Assembly: GCA_964355175.1 (NCBI GenBank)
Contig: CAYHBZ010000001.1
Span: 368,523-432,522, forward strand
Reading direction: 5' to 3'
Source of the DNA: an uncultured Gammaproteobacteria bacterium
Lineage (GTDB): Bacteria > Patescibacteriota > Patescibacteriia > Magasanikbacterales > GWA2-37-8
DNA: 64,000 nucleotides
Shown here: one piece after another, positions 37,359 to 47,519 of the stretch
How positions within the stretch are numbered: position 1 is the first letter of the stretch
Layout: each line of letters starts with the position of its first letter
Notes under the pieces: generated by a model
Told to the model about the DNA's origin: nothing
The model's input: the letters and a program-made list of their open reading frames with translations, nothing else
The model's database searches: none
Made by a program: the position numbers and the translations under genes

Positions 37359-39140
37359 ATGAATCAAGAAGCTAAAAATAACTTACTAAACGGTGCCAAA
37401 GAGCATTTAGCCGGTATTCAACAAAAAATTACTGATAAAATTACTTACCGCGAAAAACGAGCACGGTCGTCTCAAAGATCTGACGTTACTCTTAGCGACG
37501 CAGTGGCCGAACAGATCCTTACAGCTCACAACCACGAACAGATAGAAAATTTGAAACAACTATACCCTTCCCCCTATTTTACCAGGTGTGATTTTACTAC
37601 CAATGGGGAACAAAAAATGATGTACTTTAGTAAATTTTCTTTTAGTGATGAAAATATTTATTCTTGGATTACACCAGCCGCCGCGCTTCGTTTTGAAAAC
37701 CCCGGAATAGCTTCGTATACTCGCCCGGACGGTATCAGCCACAGTGGAATAATCGATAGAAAAGACAATTACATGATAGTAGATGGAAAAATATTATTTT
37801 TTTCCACCGAAAGCACAAATCACCTGCGTGAATTAATTTATCAAGAAAATTTCACTCAACAAAAAACCGGCTTTATTTTGCCAGAAGTAGTAGAAAGAAT
37901 GGAAAAGAGCCAAGACCAAGTTATTCGCGCTCACCATGACGGACCGTTTATCATTGCCGGGCCAGCCGGATCCGGCAAGACCACACTGGCTCTACACCGC
38001 GTAGCTTATTTGGTTCAGTCTCCAGAAACCACTGAATTCTTTCGACCGGAATCAATCTTGGTTTTAGTCCAAGACAGCGGTAGTAAAAAATATTTTTCTC
38101 AACTACTTCCAGACTTGGGAATTAAAGGCGTGATGATTGTGACTTTCTTTGAGTGGGCACAGATGATCTTAAAATTGAATGACTGTTCTGCTCTAGCAGA
38201 CTATGAAGTTAGCGATAAAGAAAAAATAGAATACGAATATGTTAAATTAAAGGCACTGAAGACAATAGCCGCTATTCCTTATAACAAAAATATTTATAGT
38301 CTTCTGGATAAAGTATACGCCCCTTATTTAAATAACAGCCAAAAGACTACTCTGGCCTGGCAAAAAAATAAAAAACTACTGGACCGTTTTGATATCACCA
38401 TATTATTAATGTGCTATCAAAAACAATACGGCCAATTTAATATCGAAAAAGATTATTACGAACAACTATCCAACGGCCAATATCGCCGTCGCAAAAGCGC
38501 GTTTGAAGCTAAATATAACCTAATAGTAGTAGATGAATTTCAAAATTATTTACCAGAACAGTTAAAAATATTAAATTCTTGCATCAACGAACGACTAAAA
38601 TCTATGGTATACGTCGGGGATTTATCCCAACAAACACAACTTGGCACAGTACGCGATCTGGCAAGTTTAGGATTTGATACGACCCCAGAACGATTGGTAA
38701 AACTGGAAAAAGTTTACCGAAATACTAAAGAAATTCTGAATTACATTAAAAATATTGGGTATAAAATTGAGATACCGGAGCAGATAAAAAACGGAGAACC
38801 GGTAATAGAAGTGAAATTAGATAATATAGAATCCGAGATAGATTTCGTAAAAAAACAAAATAAAGGTAAAAATGAAACTGTCGGCATACTGTCGCGACAT
38901 AAAAATTACTTGGATAAATTCAAAGAAGAATTTAAAAACGATTCTCAAATTTATTGTCTAAATTTTTATGAAGCTCAGGGAGTAGAATTTGATTCAGTAT
39001 TTATCGTAGGACCCACCCATAATGAATCAAACTATGAAGACCTAAACGAAGATCTGGCTAAAGAAATAAAGGCTATAGAAAAAGATCTACTATATGTGGC
39101 TTTAACCAGAGCAATTTCAAAATTATATATCTTCTCCTGA
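37359..39140 (+). CDS. SF1 UvrD/HelD-like helicase ATPase
   Basis: Walker A GPAGSGKTT, Walker B VVDEFQN, motif VI LYVALTRA, and a long N-terminal domain as in HelD/helicase IV-type proteins. 593 aa. Confidence 0.7.
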   Translation: MNQEAKNNLLNGAKEHLAGIQQKITDKITYREKRARSSQRSDVTLSDAVAEQILTAHNHEQIENLKQLYPSPYFTRCDFTTNGEQKMMYFSKFSFSDENIYSWITPAAALRFENPGIASYTRPDGISHSGIIDRKDNYMIVDGKILFFSTESTNHLRELIYQENFTQQKTGFILPEVVERMEKSQDQVIRAHHDGPFIIAGPAGSGKTTLALHRVAYLVQSPETTEFFRPESILVLVQDSGSKKYFSQLLPDLGIKGVMIVTFFEWAQMILKLNDCSALADYEVSDKEKIEYEYVKLKALKTIAAIPYNKNIYSLLDKVYAPYLNNSQKTTLAWQKNKKLLDRFDITILLMCYQKQYGQFNIEKDYYEQLSNGQYRRRKSAFEAKYNLIVVDEFQNYLPEQLKILNSCINERLKSMVYVGDLSQQTQLGTVRDLASLGFDTTPERLVKLEKVYRNTKEILNYIKNIGYKIEIPEQIKNGEPVIEVKLDNIESEIDFVKKQNKGKNETVGILSRHKNYLDKFKEEFKNDSQIYCLNFYEAQGVEFDSVFIVGPTHNESNYEDLNEDLAKEIKAIEKDLLYVALTRAISKLYIFS

Positions 39141-39155
39141 AGAAAAATTATCAAA

Positions 39156-39188
39156 TAAAAAGAGACCGTTTTGGCGGTCTCTTTTTAT
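39156..39188. terminator. bidirectional terminator between convergent genes
   Basis: Stem agagaccg/cggtctct, flanked by an A-run and a T-run. Confidence 0.55.
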
Positions 39189-39196
39189 TTGATTGG

Positions 39197-39943
39197 CTAA
39201 GGATTCTCCACTGGCATTACCTGTCCTTTATCCACTATCCAAAAACTTCCACCAGATTCCACCAAATCACCGTTTGGGGCTTTGATGGCAAAGGAAAAAG
39301 TATGTTCACCGATATCGGCTTTCTTAAAGGCCGGCAATAATCTACCGGAAGAAGCGGTCTTCGCACCTGGATTTAAACCAGCGTCAAAAATGCTCATATC
39401 CATAAGCTCTTCATTATCAACAGCCACATCCATATAGTAGACTTGATTCTTATAATCGATGGATTTGCCGTTGGCAATATATACTAAAATATTTTGTTTT
39501 TTACCAATTTCCAATTGATAAGCGTAAGTACGCACACGAATCTTATCAAACCAAGCGCCGTATTGATTTTTATCTCCATCAATTACTTCAAATTTACCCC
39601 ACGGTTCGGAAGTAGCCCCATTTTTACCGGTAATCAAAAAAGAAAAAGAATGCTCACCAATTTGATCATCGGAAAAAGGACCAATTTCTCCACTACAGGT
39701 AGTGACTGTGCCGCAAGTTTTTACCAAAACACCATCCCTTTTTATTTGCGTCTTCTTGATAGTGCTAGCATTGGACAGATTTATACTGACAAAAAATTTA
39801 CCATTTTTCATCACTTGAGGATTGCCGGTTGTAATATTCTGATACTTAGGCGGCACTTTTTTAGGAGCGGCCAAAGCATTTTGTCCAATGAATAAAGTTA
39901 GTACAGCTAATACCCCCAAAATACTTTTCAAATATTTTTTCAT
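39197..39943 (-). CDS. secreted protein with two IGEHxFSF repeats (hypothetical)
   Basis: Signal peptide MKKYLKSILGVLAVLTLFIGQNALA. Internal repeat IGEHSFSFLITGKNGA / IGEHTFSFAIKAPNGD. Confidence 0.5.
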   Translation of the reverse strand: MKKYLKSILGVLAVLTLFIGQNALAAPKKVPPKYQNITTGNPQVMKNGKFFVSINLSNASTIKKTQIKRDGVLVKTCGTVTTCSGEIGPFSDDQIGEHSFSFLITGKNGATSEPWGKFEVIDGDKNQYGAWFDKIRVRTYAYQLEIGKKQNILVYIANGKSIDYKNQVYYMDVAVDNEELMDMSIFDAGLNPGAKTASSGRLLPAFKKADIGEHTFSFAIKAPNGDLVESGGSFWIVDKGQVMPVENP

Positions 39944-39953
39944 ATTAATAAAA

Positions 39954-40340
39954 TTATCTTTTCATCGCTTTAGTTGCCTTCTTCATTTTCCTGGCTGTTT
40001 CTTCTACCGCTTTGGCGACTGCTTCTTTGGCGCTGTTATTAAATTTCTCCGAACTGTCATCAAGCCAATCGGCGGCCTTTTTGGTGATTATTTTTTTGGC
40101 CAATCCGCCGGCACCACCGCTGAACAAAGTCATAATATTGGACAGCGACTCTACCTTGGAGCGAATATGATTCACGGTATCCAACAGAGTCTGTAATCGC
40201 ACACGGAATTCTTCTGTAATCTCATTGGCATTGCGCAACAAACGCATGAGATAATAAAACATCCAGCAAATGAAAAAAGTGACCCACAATACACAAAATG
40301 AAATCACCAAAAATAAAATATCTTTTGAATTTGCAAACAT
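39954..40340 (-). CDS. small N-terminally membrane-anchored protein (hypothetical)
   Basis: 128 aa. One TM helix followed by a helical charged domain. Confidence 0.45.
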   Translation of the reverse strand: MFANSKDILFLVISFCVLWVTFFICWMFYYLMRLLRNANEITEEFRVRLQTLLDTVNHIRSKVESLSNIMTLFSGGAGGLAKKIITKKAADWLDDSSEKFNNSAKEAVAKAVEETARKMKKATKAMKR

Positions 40341-40393
40341 ATTTCCCTCTTTTAAAAATTACCTTTATATTATACCACAAAATTGTAAAAAAT

Positions 40394-40425
40394 AAAAAAA
40401 TCCCCGACCGTAACCGGGGATTTAT
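40394..40425 (-). terminator. rho-independent terminator of pheT
   Basis: Stem atccccg/cggggat with an 8-nt loop. The minus strand follows with TTTTTTTATTTTTT. Confidence 0.5.
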
Positions 40426-40428
40426 TGC

Positions 40429-42903
40429 CTATCTTACTTCCGCGTTAAATTCTTTTTTTAGTTCTTCTTGCGCTTTTTTTACAGCGTTTTCTATTTCTTC
40501 TGTGGTGAGCGTGCGATCACTGTGCGCGTAAGTGAGGCGATAGGCCATACTCTTATAGCCTTCGCCAATTTTGTTTCCCTCGTAAACATCGAATAGTTCT
40601 ATATTTTTTAGCAGAGCATTGGTTTTTTTCAATGCTTTCAAAATATCAGCGTGGGTAAATTCTTTTTTTACCAAAAAGCCGAGATCGCGGGTCACTGCTG
40701 GATACACGGAAGCGGTGTGATAATTTGTCTTATCACCTTGTCTAGACAGCATTTCTACCAATATTGACAAATTCAACTGCAACACACCGACGCGCTGTTC
40801 AATACCCAAATTCTGAGCTATCAGTGGGCTAATTTCACATACTACACCAAGCACTTCGCCATGCGCCCGAACCAAAGCTAATCTGGCCGGATGTTCCCAA
40901 GGTTGTACCATATCGGCTGGCACAATTTCAAAATCGGTTTTAAGCGCGGCAAAAATATTTTCCAAAGCGCGGCGGGCCTGCCAAAATGGCGTGGCTTCTT
41001 TTTTCCCAGCATATACCGCGGCCACCCAAGTATCTTGTTTTGGCAACAAACTATCACCGTTGCTATCCAGACGCAAACCGCTTTGTTTGGTAGAAAAAAC
41101 TTTTCCAATTTCAAAAATTTTTACTTCCGAATAATTTTCAATATTATTTTTTACATTCTCCAACAAATTTGGCAATAAATTGCGACGCAAAAACGGACGC
41201 TCTTTGGAGAGTGGATTATCCAATTCCAAATATTTTTTCAGATCATCCCCCATTTTTATCACCTGAGCGTCACTGACAAAAGAATAATTATACACTTCAT
41301 TATATCCCAAACTTTTTACCAAAGTCTCAGCGACATTTCTTTCCAAATCACGCAAAGCATTTTTCTCCGGCGGATTAATTGAAAAAGACGGTAAGCTTGA
41401 AGGAATATTTTCATAACCAAAAAATCTAGCCACTTCTTCCACAATATCTTCGGAAATGGAAATATCTTTGGTAGCACGCCAGGTTGGAATCGTTACCAGC
41501 AAACTCTTTTTCTTGGTTTTCACTTCAAAACCCAAACGCGTCAAAATATTTAAAATATCTTTCTGCGGAATTTCCGTGCCTAATTTTTTAGCAAAAATTT
41601 CATTTGGCAATTCTATTGGCCCGACCGAAAGGTGAAATTTCTTTTCATCCACTACTTTGCTGGCGACCTTGGCGTCCGGACAAAATTCCAATGCCAATTC
41701 CACGGCTTTAAGCAATGCCACTTCACAGAGATTTGGATCCAAACTCTTTTCAAAACGCATGGCCGAATCGGTACGCAAACCCAAACGAGTAGAAGTTTTA
41801 CGCACAGCTGAAGCATTGAAATTGGCTGATTCAAAAATTACCGTAGTAGTGTCGTCGTAAGTACCGCTCTCCAGACCACCTTTTACACCCGCGATGCCTA
41901 GAGATTTATTTTCAGCGACAATCATGAGATCGTTTTCCGACAAAACATATTCAGCTTCGTCCAAAGCCACAAATTTTTCCCCTTCTTTGGCACTACGCAC
42001 GCCGATATTATGACCGACTTTAGCCGCGTCAAAAGCATGCATTGGCTGGCCAAGTTCCAACATTATATAATTGGTAATATCCACGATATTATTAATCGGG
42101 TTGGACCCCACGGCCAACAATTTTTCTTGAAGCCATTTTGGCGACGGACCAACTTTTATACCCGATACGGCCACTGCCATATAGCGTGGACAAAGTTTAA
42201 AATTCTCCACTTCCACTTTTAATTTAAAATCTTTACCTGGTTTTATTTTTGGTGTTTCGTATTTTTTTAAATCACGATTAAATAGCACGGCCACTTCACG
42301 GGCAATACCATAATGACCCCAGAGATCCGGGCGATTGGAAAGAGATTTGTTATCTATTTCCAAAATTGTATCATTGAGACCAAGTACTTGGGACAATGGA
42401 AGACCGATAAGATTCCTCGTTTCACTCGGAATGACGGCGCCACTTGCAATGACAGCGGTGAGATCCAAAATTTCTTTTTCTTCTTTGGACGTAAACATTT
42501 CTCCCAAACCAATTTCATCCGCCGCACAGATCATACCAAAAGATTCCTCACCGCGAATTTTGGTAGGTACCAATTCAATCAATTCCCCTTCTCCATGCCA
42601 CTGCACTTTGGCTCCGACTTGGGCAATCGCGGCCAGCATTCCCTCTGCCACATTACTGCCACCACAGACTATCTGTAATTCTTCCGAACCCACATCCACG
42701 CGGCATAATTTTAATTTATCGGCATTAGGATGCTTAGTAGCGGAAACAACTTTACCAACTACCACATTATTCAAAAGCTCACCTTGTTTTTTTATACCTT
42801 CCACTTCTACCGTAGTGGCTTTCAAGCGAGCGGCCACTTCTTCCACGGTAATAGTATCGGACAAATTCACGAATTTTTTTAACCAATTATAGGAAATTAA
42901 CAT
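40429..42903 (-). CDS. pheT: phenylalanine--tRNA ligase beta subunit
   Basis: Canonical MLISYNWLKKF start (Met18 of the longest ORF), tRNA-binding, B3/4, B5 and FDX-ACB domains. The 17-codon upstream extension of the longest ORF is just the translation of the palindromic repeat. Confidence 0.92.
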   Translation of the reverse strand: MLISYNWLKKFVNLSDTITVEEVAARLKATTVEVEGIKKQGELLNNVVVGKVVSATKHPNADKLKLCRVDVGSEELQIVCGGSNVAEGMLAAIAQVGAKVQWHGEGELIELVPTKIRGEESFGMICAADEIGLGEMFTSKEEKEILDLTAVIASGAVIPSETRNLIGLPLSQVLGLNDTILEIDNKSLSNRPDLWGHYGIAREVAVLFNRDLKKYETPKIKPGKDFKLKVEVENFKLCPRYMAVAVSGIKVGPSPKWLQEKLLAVGSNPINNIVDITNYIMLELGQPMHAFDAAKVGHNIGVRSAKEGEKFVALDEAEYVLSENDLMIVAENKSLGIAGVKGGLESGTYDDTTTVIFESANFNASAVRKTSTRLGLRTDSAMRFEKSLDPNLCEVALLKAVELALEFCPDAKVASKVVDEKKFHLSVGPIELPNEIFAKKLGTEIPQKDILNILTRLGFEVKTKKKSLLVTIPTWRATKDISISEDIVEEVARFFGYENIPSSLPSFSINPPEKNALRDLERNVAETLVKSLGYNEVYNYSFVSDAQVIKMGDDLKKYLELDNPLSKERPFLRRNLLPNLLENVKNNIENYSEVKIFEIGKVFSTKQSGLRLDSNGDSLLPKQDTWVAAVYAGKKEATPFWQARRALENIFAALKTDFEIVPADMVQPWEHPARLALVRAHGEVLGVVCEISPLIAQNLGIEQRVGVLQLNLSILVEMLSRQGDKTNYHTASVYPAVTRDLGFLVKKEFTHADILKALKKTNALLKNIELFDVYEGNKIGEGYKSMAYRLTYAHSDRTLTTEEIENAVKKAQEELKKEFNAEVR

Positions 42904-42915
42904 AATATTTTTATT

Positions 42916-42980
42916 GTCATTCCCGTGAAAACGGGAATCTATTACTTCAAACACTTGATTCCCGCTTTCGCGGGAATGAC
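42916..42980. repeat. palindromic repeat pair (GTCATTCCCGTGAAAACGGGAATC … GATTCCCGCTTTCGCGGGAATGAC) in the pheS-pheT spacer
   Basis: Same unit architecture as 8441-8498: each unit is a hairpin, and the two units are inverted copies of each other. Confidence 0.6.
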
Positions 42981-42982
42981 AG

Positions 42983-44014
42983 TTAGAACTGTTTTAGAAA
43001 TTTTAAATCACCGCTTTCGAGATGGCGGATGTCTTCAATGCCATACTTCAACATAGCTAAGCGTGTAAGCCCCAATCCAAAAGCAAACCCCTGATATTTA
43101 TTAGGATCTACTTTCCCTTCCTTTAAAACATTGGGATGAATCATGCCGGCGCCAAAAATTTCTAACCAACCGGTATTTTTACAAACTCTACAGCCTTTGC
43201 CTTTGCAAATAAAACAAGTTACTTCCCCATTTACACCCGGCTCTACAAATGGATAATATTTTGGACGCAAACGCACTTGCGTATCGACGCCGTACAAATG
43301 TTTAGCGACCGCCTCAAGCACGCCCTTCATGTGAGCAAAAGTAATATTTTCATCAATCACAAAACCTTCCAATTGATAAAAAGTGTGTTCGTGGCGCGGG
43401 TCGGTAGCTTCGTTTCTATAACATTTACCTGGCACAATCGCGCGTAGTGGCGCCCCCTGCTTAAGCATAGAGCGTACCTGCATCGAAGAAGTGTGCGTAC
43501 GCATCACCATACCAGGATGATTTTTGATATAAAAAGTATCCTGCATATCACGCGCCGGATGATTCTCAGGCACATTCACTGCGGAAAAATTAAAATAATC
43601 ACTTTCCAACTCCGGACCATCAAGCACCATAAAACCCATGGAAACAAAAAAATCTTCCAAGTCTTTTTGGATAATAGTGTTCGGATGAAAAGTGCCTGGT
43701 TCAATATGTGGTAAAGCAGGCTGAGTAATATCCACCCGCTCTTTTTCTACCGCTTTGTTCCAATCCGCATTCATTAATTCATTTTTCTTTATTTCAAACG
43801 CCGCTTCAATATCTTTTTTTACTTCATTGGCTATCACACCCACTACTTTACGAGCCTCATCGGTGAGATCTTTGAGCCCTTTCATCAAATTAGTAAGCTC
43901 CCCGCTTTTGCGACCAAGAAATTTATTTTCCAAATCTTCGAGCTGGATTTTATCACTCACGGATTTGATGGCAAGCAAGGCTTCAGTTTTGAGTTGTTCA
44001 AATTTTGATTGCAT
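42983..44014 (-). CDS. pheS: phenylalanine--tRNA ligase alpha subunit
   Basis: 343 aa. Class II motifs (…FRPKYYPFVEPG…, …GFAFGLGLTRLAML…). Confidence 0.93.
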   Translation of the reverse strand: MQSKFEQLKTEALLAIKSVSDKIQLEDLENKFLGRKSGELTNLMKGLKDLTDEARKVVGVIANEVKKDIEAAFEIKKNELMNADWNKAVEKERVDITQPALPHIEPGTFHPNTIIQKDLEDFFVSMGFMVLDGPELESDYFNFSAVNVPENHPARDMQDTFYIKNHPGMVMRTHTSSMQVRSMLKQGAPLRAIVPGKCYRNEATDPRHEHTFYQLEGFVIDENITFAHMKGVLEAVAKHLYGVDTQVRLRPKYYPFVEPGVNGEVTCFICKGKGCRVCKNTGWLEIFGAGMIHPNVLKEGKVDPNKYQGFAFGLGLTRLAMLKYGIEDIRHLESGDLKFLKQF

Positions 44015-44021
44015 ATTATTT

Positions 44022-44789
44022 TTATTCAGATTCTTTTTCTTTTGGTTTGTCTATTTTAACAACGCTATTTTTATCATCATGTTCTATAAAAATAATTTTT
44101 ACTCCACATTTTTTTTCTAATCCAGCAAACATATCCATTTTTTCCTCAGCACCGTGAGCAATTTTACCCACATACTCTATGCTTGCATGACCGCCTGGCA
44201 AAAGCTTACTAGCCACGGCATTAAAATATTTGGCAGCATCATCCAAAGTAGCACCCTTTTTAAAAGACAGACTATACAGGGCTTCTCCAGCAGTATCAAT
44301 CATTAAATCAAATTCTGGAAAATCATGGAGTTCCAAAACCGAACGCCATTTTAAATCATTTTTATTTAATTTTATGGATTCGCCTACTCTCTCCATCTCT
44401 TTTTTTACAGCTTTCTTTTTTAAACCAGTGGTAAACACTTCTACTTTATCTCCAAATGATTCCCTTATTTGTTTAGCGAACATGCCGATACCGCCACCTA
44501 TGTCTAAAATTTTAATTTTTCTATTAGGATTTTCTTCAATTAATCTCGGTATAGTTTCATTTATAAAACTTTCTTCATGACGACCAGCAATACTATCAGG
44601 AATTTCATCGCTCTCAACTCTATAGACCCTATAATTAAACGGCTTGTCCAATGGCGTATCCCCTGAAGCTGGCTCATTTTTGGCCGCAAAAACCTTCCAA
44701 CTTTCTACAGCCTTATCTTTTTCTTCTGTACTCAAAAAAGCCTCTCCTTTTCTCACTGCTTTTGGAATATATCTTTCACCTTCTCCCAT
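44022..44789 (-). CDS. putative SAM-dependent methyltransferase (hypothetical)
   Basis: ILDIGGGIGMFAKQI glycine-rich motif I, with an acidic residue about 20 aa downstream. Confidence 0.5.
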   Translation of the reverse strand: MGEGERYIPKAVRKGEAFLSTEEKDKAVESWKVFAAKNEPASGDTPLDKPFNYRVYRVESDEIPDSIAGRHEESFINETIPRLIEENPNRKIKILDIGGGIGMFAKQIRESFGDKVEVFTTGLKKKAVKKEMERVGESIKLNKNDLKWRSVLELHDFPEFDLMIDTAGEALYSLSFKKGATLDDAAKYFNAVASKLLPGGHASIEYVGKIAHGAEEKMDMFAGLEKKCGVKIIFIEHDDKNSVVKIDKPKEKESE

Positions 44790-44790
44790 A

Positions 44791-45963
44791 TTACAACAGA
44801 TTTTTTATAAAACTCCAGATCACTACTCTAAAATTGGCAAGATCGCGGATAGTTACTACTATTATTAGCAACATCAATAGCGCAAATCCAACCGTATGAA
44901 AAATTTGTTCTAATTTTTGAGAAACGGCTTTACCGCGTAATTTAGCAATTATTAAAAATAATTGGCGGCCACCATCGAGTGCTGGGATTGGCAAAATATT
45001 AAATATCGCTAAATTTAGGGACAACATTGCCGCAAATTGTATCAAATAAATCCAGCCGAGCTTGGCGACCTGTCCAGTCATCACTGCCACTCCCACCGGG
45101 CCAGAGACAGCTTCACCCACACCATTGCCGGTAAACAATCCTTTGAGTAATAGATAGAAAGCTATAAGAATTTCTTTGAGATACCATAGAGTAGTTTTGG
45201 CACCTTCCCAAATAGCGGAAAAAAATGGATAGCGTACTGTACCAATTTCGGCGATGGCAATACCAAGACCACCTTTGCCGGTATCATTATATACCATTGG
45301 TTGAATTTTTTTCTCAATTATTTGATCATTTCTTTTTACCCGCAAAAGCAGTTGTTCATTTTTATGATCATTCACATATTCCTGCATTTGTTTCAGGCGT
45401 GGATTTTGCAAATCACCTATTTGCACCACCACATCACCGGCCAAAATTCCGGCCGCTTCGGCTGGCTTACCGGGTAGAGTTTGCAAAATTTCAATACGAC
45501 GATCGCTCACATGCGATACATCAGTCATATTATCCACATTTTGTGGTAGACCAACCAAGTATCCGGTAGTAAGCAGGACAAAAGCCAAAATGACATTCAT
45601 CATCACACCAGCACAGAGCACCAAAGATTTTTGCCAAAACTTTTTGCTGGCAAAACTATCCGGATCATTGGCTTCTTCCCCATTCTCACCTTTTATTTTT
45701 ACAAAACCACCAAGCGGCAACCAATTCAAAGAATAGACTGTCCCATATTCTTCGTCCTTTTCATCCAAATCACGATTGCCCCAGACCAAGCGCCACTGTT
45801 TTTTATTATTTTTTTTGAATTGAATACCCAAAAATCTCGGCGGAAAACCAAACCCAAATTCATATACTCCCATGCCGGTTTTTTTGGCAAAAATAAAATG
45901 GCCAAACTCGTGCGATACTACCAAAATGGCTAAGACTGCAAGAAAATATAATATAGAAGCCAT
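44791..45963 (-). CDS. rseP: RIP metalloprotease RseP (site-2 protease, M50) with PDZ domain
   Basis: HEFGH zinc motif near the N-terminus, a PDZ-like middle, and a C-terminal LDGG motif. Confidence 0.8.
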   Translation of the reverse strand: MASILYFLAVLAILVVSHEFGHFIFAKKTGMGVYEFGFGFPPRFLGIQFKKNNKKQWRLVWGNRDLDEKDEEYGTVYSLNWLPLGGFVKIKGENGEEANDPDSFASKKFWQKSLVLCAGVMMNVILAFVLLTTGYLVGLPQNVDNMTDVSHVSDRRIEILQTLPGKPAEAAGILAGDVVVQIGDLQNPRLKQMQEYVNDHKNEQLLLRVKRNDQIIEKKIQPMVYNDTGKGGLGIAIAEIGTVRYPFFSAIWEGAKTTLWYLKEILIAFYLLLKGLFTGNGVGEAVSGPVGVAVMTGQVAKLGWIYLIQFAAMLSLNLAIFNILPIPALDGGRQLFLIIAKLRGKAVSQKLEQIFHTVGFALLMLLIIVVTIRDLANFRVVIWSFIKNLL

Positions 45964-46042
45964 AGGGCTTGATTTGATTAGATAAAAAAGCTAAAATACA
46001 TTCACAAAGCCGTATAAGGCTTAATGAAATAACTGTATATTT

Positions 46043-46600
46043 ATGAACCTATTTTATATTATTCTAGCGGTTCTGGCAATAGTAATCCTTTGGGTCATTG
46101 CCACCTTTAATGGCTTAATCCGCACAAAAAATCGTGTAGATGAAGCCTTTAGTGATATCGACGTCCAGCTCAAACGCCGCTATGATCTGATCCCAAATCT
46201 GGTGGAAACCGTAAAAGGCTATATGACCCACGAGCGTGAGACCTTGGTAAAATTGACCGAAGCTCGTACTGCGGCCATGGCTCAACAAAGCGGATCGCTG
46301 GCCGAGCGTGAACAAGCTGAAAACGCCCTATCCTCCACTCTAAAATCTTTATTTGCTGTCACTGAAAACTATCCAGACCTTAAAGCTAGCCAAAATTTCA
46401 TGCAATTGCAGGATGAAATTTCCGACACAGAAAATAAAATCCAAGCCAGTCGCCGTTTTTATAACAGCAATGTCCGTGATTTCAATACCGCAATCCAGAC
46501 TTTCCCACAGAATACAATTGCCAATCTGCTCAATTTTCATAAATATGAATTCTTCCAAGCCGCTGAAAATGAGCGCCAAAATGTGCAAGTGAAATTTTAA
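46043..46600 (+). CDS. lemA: LemA family protein
   Basis: 185 aa. N-terminal TM plus the conserved LemA core (…RRYDLIPNLVETVKGY…ENYPDLKA…). Confidence 0.8.
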   Translation: MNLFYIILAVLAIVILWVIATFNGLIRTKNRVDEAFSDIDVQLKRRYDLIPNLVETVKGYMTHERETLVKLTEARTAAMAQQSGSLAEREQAENALSSTLKSLFAVTENYPDLKASQNFMQLQDEISDTENKIQASRRFYNSNVRDFNTAIQTFPQNTIANLLNFHKYEFFQAAENERQNVQVKF

Positions 46601-46611
46601 ACCCACCAACA

Positions 46612-47496
46612 ATGTATAATCAAATAGACGCTAACAAGCGTAAATCAGTTTTCCTTTTAATTTTCGCCACTGCCCTCGTGCTCGCCCTGGGATATGTTTT
46701 TGATCGCGCCTATGGCGGCGATGGGTATGGCGGACTATTTATTGGGATTATCATTTCACTGATTAGCACTTCAGTATCATATTTCCACGGAGATAAAATT
46801 GCCCTCTCGGTATCGGGCGCGCAACCAATTTCCAAGGAAGAAAATCGTTATATATATAATATGGTAGAAAATCTGTGCATCAGCGCCGGATTACCCACAC
46901 CAAAAGTATATATAATGAACGATCCGTCCATCAATGCTTTTGCCACTGGACGCAAACCGGAGTTGGCCTCTATCGCTATCACTACCGGTGCGATAGAAAA
47001 ACTGAAAAATGAAGAACTCGAAGGCGTAATCGCCCATGAACTTTCTCATGTACAAAATTACGACATCCGCTTTATGATGCTCGTGGCTGTGGTGGTAGGA
47101 TCTATCTCTATCATGGCAAATATGTTTTTACATGGCGGACTGTTTCGTCGTCATAGCAATAACCGCGAAGGCGGCAATGCTTTGGCCATATTCGCAATTA
47201 TTGGCGTGGTGCTAGCAATACTATCTCCTATCATCGCCCAACTAATCAAATTGGCAGTATCGCGTAAACGCGAATACCTAGCTGATGCTTCAGGCGCTTT
47301 GCTGACCCGCTATCCGGCGGGGTTGGCCTCGGCGCTAGAAAAAATTCAAGCCGAGCATATACCGCTGCAGAATGCGGTACCGTCCACGGCTCATCTGTTC
47401 TTCTCCAATCCCTTTACCGGGAAAAATCTCGCTGGATTATTCTCCACTCATCCGCCAATTGAGGATAGAATAAAAAAATTAAAAGAAATGGCTTAA
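46612..47496 (+). CDS. htpX: M48-family zinc metalloprotease HtpX
   Basis: HELSHV zinc motif. Four TM helices. 294 aa. Confidence 0.85.
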   Translation: MYNQIDANKRKSVFLLIFATALVLALGYVFDRAYGGDGYGGLFIGIIISLISTSVSYFHGDKIALSVSGAQPISKEENRYIYNMVENLCISAGLPTPKVYIMNDPSINAFATGRKPELASIAITTGAIEKLKNEELEGVIAHELSHVQNYDIRFMMLVAVVVGSISIMANMFLHGGLFRRHSNNREGGNALAIFAIIGVVLAILSPIIAQLIKLAVSRKREYLADASGALLTRYPAGLASALEKIQAEHIPLQNAVPSTAHLFFSNPFTGKNLAGLFSTHPPIEDRIKKLKEMA

Positions 47497-47519
47497 ATTT
47501 TAAATATAAATATTAAAAA

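Noticed and set aside
42904-42954. 17-codon N-terminal extension of pheT (MFEVIDSRFHGNDNKNI…)
   Set aside because: It is simply the translation of the palindromic repeat unit in the pheS-pheT spacer. The canonical PheT start MLISYNWLKKF lies at 42903.
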